Of a DNA stretch of 15,881 nt, positions 9,807-15,881 are shown piece by piece (the first letter of the stretch is position 1; every line of letters begins with the position of its first letter). Under the pieces are notes generated by a model that saw only the letters and a list, made by a program, of their open reading frames with translations, searched no databases and was not told where the DNA came from. A program made the translations under genes and the position numbers. Source of the DNA: Octopus sinensis (lineage: Eukaryota); the NCBI RefSeq assembly GCF_006345805.1, contig NW_021825438.1, positions 1-15,881 of the forward strand, read 5' to 3'.

Positions 9807-9841
<35 letters not shown>

Positions 9842-10018
9842 ATATATATAATATATATATATATATATGTATATATGTATATATTATATATATGTATATA
9901 TATAATATATATATATGTATATATATATATATGTATATATGTCTATATATATATATATGTGTGTGTGTGTGTAGATATGTATGTGTATATATATGTATAT
10001 ATGTATATATACTTATAC

Positions 10019-10065
<47 letters not shown>

Positions 10066-10130
10066 CACATACATACATGTATATATGTATATGTATATAT
10101 GTGTATATATGCATATATATTATATATATA
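9790..10130. repeat. (CT)/(TA)/(GT) compound microsatellite
   Basis: Seen directly. Confidence 0.95.
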
Positions 10131-12748
10131 GTTTTTTTTCTAGTTTCAGCTCGGAGCTGTGGACATGCCGATGCACTTCCAGTTTGCTATTCTGTTATTA
10201 CTGAGAGTTTCCTCCAATATGTGGTATTTAGTGAAGAATGGAGTTTGATGTAGCTACCCTCGACAGGAAAAGGTCCAGTCTTGATTTAAAAACGCCTACA
10301 TCTACATTATGTAGGTTCCTCGGGTTCTTTGGGAGAATATTAAAAAGCTGTGGGCCCTTGTAATCCTGGCTGTTGCAGTAACTGGTCCTGAAGCGCAATG
10401 GCATTGCTGGGATCTTTGCCACTATGCAGTGTCGAGCAGTTCTGGCATTGGTGCAACTTTCAATGCCAAAATTTGGCACAATACCTTCCAGCATTTTCCA
10501 GATGTATATTACTGCATATCTGCCCCGCCTTCGCTCCAGAGAGTAGAGTCTTAGCTGTTTCAGCCTTTCCTAGTTGCTGAGCTGTTGCAATGAGTGGATC
10601 TTTTTTGTGAATGCCTCAAGGTCCACTGTTAATTTTACACTCTTGGGTGACCATAGCTGGGAGCAGTAATCCAGGCAGCTGAGGACGAATGTCCTCCATA
10701 GGACCATCATAGTTTCTTCATCTCTGGTTCTGAATTTCTCAGGACCCATCCAGCAAGTCGTTTGCACTTTGTCGCCATCCTGGTAATGTGCCCTTGGAAA
10801 GAGGTATCATTACTCATGTCGATACCCAGGTCCCTCACTGATTTAGGCTCTGGGATTGTAATTCCCTGTGGATTAGTGTACCTTGTAAGTTTCGTATTCA
10901 GTTTTGGACGCTGGTAGCGCAGGACTTGGAATTTTTTCAGCATTAAATTGCGTATTATTATACTCAGCCCATCTGTAAATTGAGTAGAACTTCTGCTGCA
11001 GATGTGCAACATCACTGGGGTTTTGTATTTTCTGCGAGACTTTAGTATCGTCTGCATAGCTAGCAAGGGTGGCTATCCGGGAAGTTGAGGGCATGTCTGA
11101 GAGGGCCACTATAAAAAGCAGTGGTCCCAAGACAGTTCCCTGTGGAACACCGCTCACTATTTGTGTTTTCATTGAGGTGGCTCCACTGGTCACTACTGCC
11201 TGACTTCTATCTTTCAGAAAGTCATGTAACCACTCTCCAAGTTTTCCGGCTCTGCCAAGATCACGCAGTTTGTAGCATATCATACAACAAACCTCTTTGT
11301 CAAAAGCTTTTGCAAAATCAAGGTATATTACGTCCACATTTGAGTTGTTGAGTAACTGCCTCAACACCCAATCATAATGTTGAAAAAGCTGAGTCAGCCA
11401 GATCCTACCTGATCGAAAGCCATGCTGAGTATCACTCAGCAAGTTCTTTTCTTCAAGGGATGCGATTAGTTTCCCTCTAACTATCCGTTGCATGACTTTG
11501 CAGATGTGTGAAGTCAGACATATAGGCCTATAGTTTTTGCATCTGCTCTGCTTCCCCCTTTATGGACTGGGCATATAACTCTCTCCTTCAGCTTGCTTGG
11601 CAGTCTGCCATTTGCAAGAAAGCTCTAGAAGAGAATGTGGAGAGGTTTTGCCAGGGCACGCTCACATGATTTGAGGAGGATTGCTGGGAAAACATCAGGA
11701 CCAGCAGTTGAGTTTGGGTCCACCTCATCTATGGCTAGTAGTAATATTTTCTTCGCTAATGTCGATGTATTCCATCGTAAGTGCGTCGCTACTTATAGGT
11801 GAGGCGGCAAAAAAGTCTACTGGTTCGTTCACTTGTCTGTGTTCCAACGGGGTGGTAAAGACACTGAAAGGTACTGAAAGACCAGTTCAAACTGGTCTTT
11901 CAGTACCTTTCAGTACCTCATTAATCCTTGTTGGACTATCTGTGAGCGAGTCATCCTTTTGGAAGAGGGGTCCTATCTTGCAGCGTACTGAGGCTGTTTC
12001 TTTCGCATAATGAAAGAAGGCCTTTGGATTTGACTTAATGTTTTTTATAACCTAGGCTTCTTTGTCTGCTCTCTCCCTCACATAGGATTGTTGCAGTCTT
12101 TTTCAATCTCCATCAGTGTTGTTTTTAGGCGGGACCTTTCGCTACTTTTGGGAATTTGGTTGAGACGATTTTCAACCTTTGTCCGTCGTCTCATGAGGAT
12201 CTTCCTCTCCCTTGGAATCTTGTTCCTATTTGTTTTGGCTTTGTGCTCTGGGGCATATTTCTGGCATATGGCTTGCATAACAGATATGAAATATTCTAGT
12301 TTCATGCCAATGTCTGGTGTTGAGAGACATTTCGGCCAAACCTGTTTGAGGATCTCTTTTTGGATCAATTTCCAGTCTGCTCCCTCACAGATTGGAGAGA
12401 TTTCGGGTGCTTCCTTTAGGCTGTATATCTCTGGCCACTTTCGGCCCAATCATAGACAGCTTTATTATGTTGCGATCCGAGACTAATGTCGGCGTCACTT
12501 TCACATCATAAACGATGTCCATATTGTTCGTGAAGCAGAAGTCCAAAATGTTACTTGCCCTAGTTGGTCTGAGTACAACTTGGGCCATGAATAGGCCATT
12601 GGTGAAGTTAAGCAGCGACTCCGCCTGTGGTTGTTTGCAATGAGTCGTTCCTGAGAGCGGCCGTTTGACGTTGGGGAAGTTGAAATCACCCATAAGAAAT
12701 ATACTCACGTAGTGGTCTAGTTCCATGAGAATTTCTTTAATTCTTGTG
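10131..12748 (-). mobile_element. Decayed, 5'-truncated CR1-group LINE: ORF2 from mid-APE domain through RT and C-terminus, to 3' hairpin and A-tail
   Basis: LMGDFNFP, PTRASNILD, QHGFRSGR, YLDFAKAFDK, GVPQGTVLGPLLF, YADD (11047-11058), LDYCSQLWSP and GPQLFNILP; several stops and frameshifts; A8 tail at 10132-10139. Confidence 0.95.
11863..11914. repeat. Perfect 25-bp inverted repeat with 2-nt loop inside the LINE
   Basis: actgaaaggtactgaaagaccagtt-ca-aactggtctttcagtacctttcagt. Confidence 0.97.
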
Positions 12749-12779
12749 AATATATATGTATATATTCATATACATTTAT

Positions 12780-12844
<65 letters not shown>
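12749..12844. repeat. (TA)/(CA) microsatellite
   Basis: Seen directly. Confidence 0.9.
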
Positions 12845-12849
<5 letters not shown>

Positions 12850-13374
12850 GATCAGGATTCAAGTGAATCAGGCTCTTAAATGATAAAGCACCGGGTCGGG
12901 TCGAAAAATAAAATGTGAACACAACAAAAATAGAGGAATACATATGCGGGTACCAAAGTACAGGCAAAAAGATATTCAGGTTAGGTATACTATTAACTGC
13001 ACCCGACTGAGTATATCAATAGCCCTGAGGCTAATCAAGAAATGCACATTGAACTAAATGCACAGTCCATGATTTATGTGGGACCTATACTGTTTTAGTA
13101 CAACATCACGTCGCATTGATAGTACTTCCATCAATCAGTTAAAAATTCGATGGAAACAGCGGTGGGAAGTTGACACACTATCCATCTGTTGTTATTTATT
13201 TTGATATATATATATGAGTATGTGTGTGCATAAAAACAACTATACATATATATCTATAGATATATATATCTATACTTAATGTATTTGTTTCTTCCAGTAC
13301 AAAACAAAAGTCTAATGTTAAAATGTTTCAAGTCTATATAGTATTTTTGTGATGTGCGAAACAAACAACGCATA

Positions 13375-13406
13375 GACAATATATATATAGATATATATAT
13401 ATATAT

Positions 13407-13469
<63 letters not shown>

Positions 13470-13472
13470 TAG

Positions 13473-13513
<41 letters not shown>

Positions 13514-13654
13514 TCTATATATATATAATATATATATATATATCACTAGATAATATATATACATATATATATATATACATATATATATATACATATACTA
13601 TATATATATACATATATACATCTATATAATATATATATATACATATATACATAG

Positions 13655-13685
<31 letters not shown>

Positions 13686-13686
13686 T

Positions 13687-13744
<58 letters not shown>

Positions 13745-13781
13745 CATATATAGATATATATATAACATAGATATATACATA

Positions 13782-13843
<62 letters not shown>

Positions 13844-13863
13844 AGATATATATTATATATATA
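13375..13863. repeat. Long degenerate (TA)n tract, about 490 bp
   Basis: Seen directly. Confidence 0.97.
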
Positions 13864-13987
13864 CGTCTAGGTAGGTATGCTAGCTACTCAAGTATTATTT
13901 GTTTGACAATTTCATATTGAATGTATATGTTCCATGTTATTTTTACGATGATCTAATATCACTAGATGTCTGTATAGCAATTAAATA

Positions 13988-13998
13988 AATTATTATTA

Positions 13999-14045
<47 letters not shown>

Positions 14046-14105
14046 GCTGATTTTATTGTTGATGTTTTGATGTTACTATTGCTATTATTGTTGTTGTCTT
14101 TAACG
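13988..14105. repeat. (TAT)n trinucleotide repeat grading into (TGT)-like units
   Basis: Seen directly. Confidence 0.9.
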
Positions 14106-14339
14106 TTGTTATGTTTGTTATTTATTCTTTGCTTACAATTGAGGCAATGAAAACAAAGGGAGACATATTTCTATCAAAAATATAAACATATAAACAGTAG
14201 AGAATCACTGAGACCGTACATACATACGTATACACATACATACATGCATATGTCCATGTGTGTATATATGTATATGTGTGCGTATATATATATACACATA
14301 ATGTGAATGTGTGTGCATGTTAGTGCGTGTAAGTTCTCA

Positions 14340-14820
14340 TCTATTTTTAGCAATTCGAGTTCTTCCTAGAATGAAGCAGCTGGTCTCTATCAGAAATACA
14401 TCCCTCATCGTTGCCAATGAAAATAGCAAAAGCTATGTCAAATGTTGAACTTGAGGAAAATCTTGCATACTTTTACTATTCTGCTTACAAATTGTATTTG
14501 TAATGGTTGATCTCTATTTCTGAAAAACCCAGCTTTTCGAGATGGTGACCTAGACATTTACTAACAAATCCAAATCCAATAATTATTATTAGTGTAAATG
14601 TCATTGTTTATATTCTGAGTATAAAATATGAAGGATTCGAAGCAGTTGTCCGTAGTTACGATCACTTTCTTTGATTTTTAAGAGATTTTTCATACCAGTA
14701 GGGCAGCTGGCCTCTATGACTGTACGTACAAATACTTCTGTCCCACGCAACTGCAAGCGGCCTGTTATGTTTGCGCTTGGTCGAGGTTTTGGTGGAATTG
14801 TTCTACCAATATTGTTTATG
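14340..14820 (-). pseudogene. Relic REL endonuclease domain and 3' end of an R4/Dong-like non-LTR retrotransposon
   Basis: Frameshifted pieces KHNRP..AWDR (14758-14772), TVIEASCP (14700-14720), NYGQLLRILHILYSEYK (14607-14657), IIIGFGFVSKCLGHHLEKLGFSEIEI and LQIQFVSRIVKVCKIFLKFNI* (TGA at 14438-14440), in the order expected for PD...E..K..Y REL domains. Confidence 0.72.
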
Positions 14821-14876
14821 ATGATGTTTTATGCATGTTTTTAGTAACACTACGGAAAACATGCATAAAACATCAT
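14821..14876. repeat. Perfect 21-bp inverted repeat with 14-nt spacer
   Basis: atgatgttttatgcatgtttt (14821-14841) / aaaacatgcataaaacatcat (14856-14876). Confidence 0.95.
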
Positions 14877-14877
14877 A

Positions 14878-15070
14878 TATGAGTCTTCGAAGACAGTTGC
14901 TCCCATAAGTACCAAAATAAAATTTTTGGTTTTATGGAAGCTCAAAGTTGGGAACAAAAGCAGAACAGTGGAGACATACAAGGAAACCGAACAAAAACAA
15001 ACATGGAGGGTCGTTAGACCAGAACGAGGGTAAAATAGCGAATGCCGGAGAAATATTTTCTTTGAAAACA
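14878..15070. repeat. Unclassified interspersed repeat, copy 1 (direct repeat of 15676-15881), followed by (GA)n and a purine-rich tract to ~15330
   Basis: Colinear by eye: atgagtcttcgaagacagttgctc...ggagaaatattttc. Confidence 0.85.
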
Positions 15071-15078
15071 GAATAGAT

Positions 15079-15116
<38 letters not shown>

Positions 15117-15389
15117 GAATAGTCCAGTCTTTAGGACAGTCCTGAAGGAGAAAGAAAGATGATCACGTGAGGAAAAGAAAGATGGATGATGGTCACGTGT
15201 GAGCAACGAGAGAGAAAAAGAGAAAGAGGGAGAAAGGGAAAGAGATAGAAAACGGTGAAGGTGAAGAAGAGGGAATTAGAGAAAAGGATGGGAGAATACA
15301 GTATAGAGTAGAGCAGCATCAAAAAGATGAAGAAATGGATGCATGGCGTTCAATCAAATAATAATATAAATATGCTGGGGCACTGCCAT

Positions 15390-15439
15390 TTGATATATAT
15401 ATATAATATACATACAAACACACACACCACACACACACA

Positions 15440-15493
<54 letters not shown>

Positions 15494-15497
15494 GCAT
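15390..15497. repeat. (TA)/(CA) microsatellite
   Basis: Seen directly. Confidence 0.9.
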
Positions 15498-15675
15498 ATA
15501 TTGGTGCGGACGTCACCAATACGAAAACAAGTGAGTTAATGCGTAAAGAAAACAAATAAGTTCAGTACGGAAACAACGAAAGAACAAGTGGAAAACAAGA
15601 CAAGTAACACAAAGAAAGACAATTCATCAGTGGTCGGCTGTCAATCTACTCCTCATTTCGAGCATTCAACGACAT

Positions 15676-15881
15676 TATGAGTCTCGAAGACAGTTGCTCA
15701 CATAAGTATCAAAATAAATTTTGGATTTACGTGGGGAGGGGCCAAAGTTGGCAACAAAAACAGGACAGTGGAGACATACAAGGAAACGGAACGAAAACAA
15801 ACGTGGAGGATCGTTAGACCAGAACAATGGTAAAATAGCGAACGCTGGAGAAATATTTTTCCTTGAAAAGAAGAGAAACGA
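15676..15881. repeat. Unclassified interspersed repeat, copy 2 (runs off the window; may begin near 15500)
   Basis: Matches 14878-15070. Confidence 0.85.

Noticed and set aside
15620-15695. Hammerhead-like words (CGAAA and CTGATGA on the minus strand; atgagtctcgaag on the plus strand)
   Set aside because: I could not build stems I-III around the core, and key core bases deviate.

Overview
AT-rich, repeat-dominated eukaryotic DNA with no intact protein-coding gene that I can support. The SINE families resemble, from memory, those of Octopus/cephalopods; this is an inference, not a search result. Contents: many (TA)n/(CA)n/compound microsatellites, which produce the spurious YIYI/THTH ORFs; three tRNA-derived SINE families; three decayed CR1-group LINE fragments (5036-5806 +, 6121-6740 +, 10131-12748 - with recognisable APE and RT motifs); two mutually homologous relics of a REL-endonuclease (R4/Dong-like) non-LTR retrotransposon that the ORF track misses (9325-9585 +, 14340-14820 -); and two TA-flanked MITE-like palindromes. 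Most notable: (i) a 3'-terminal stem-loop shared by LINE and SINE tails, with differing but still pairing stems; (ii) a 152-bp near-perfect SINE foldback; (iii) a reconstructable 30-nt templated insertion in the LINE; (iv) six inverted-repeat or foldback structures in 16 kb.
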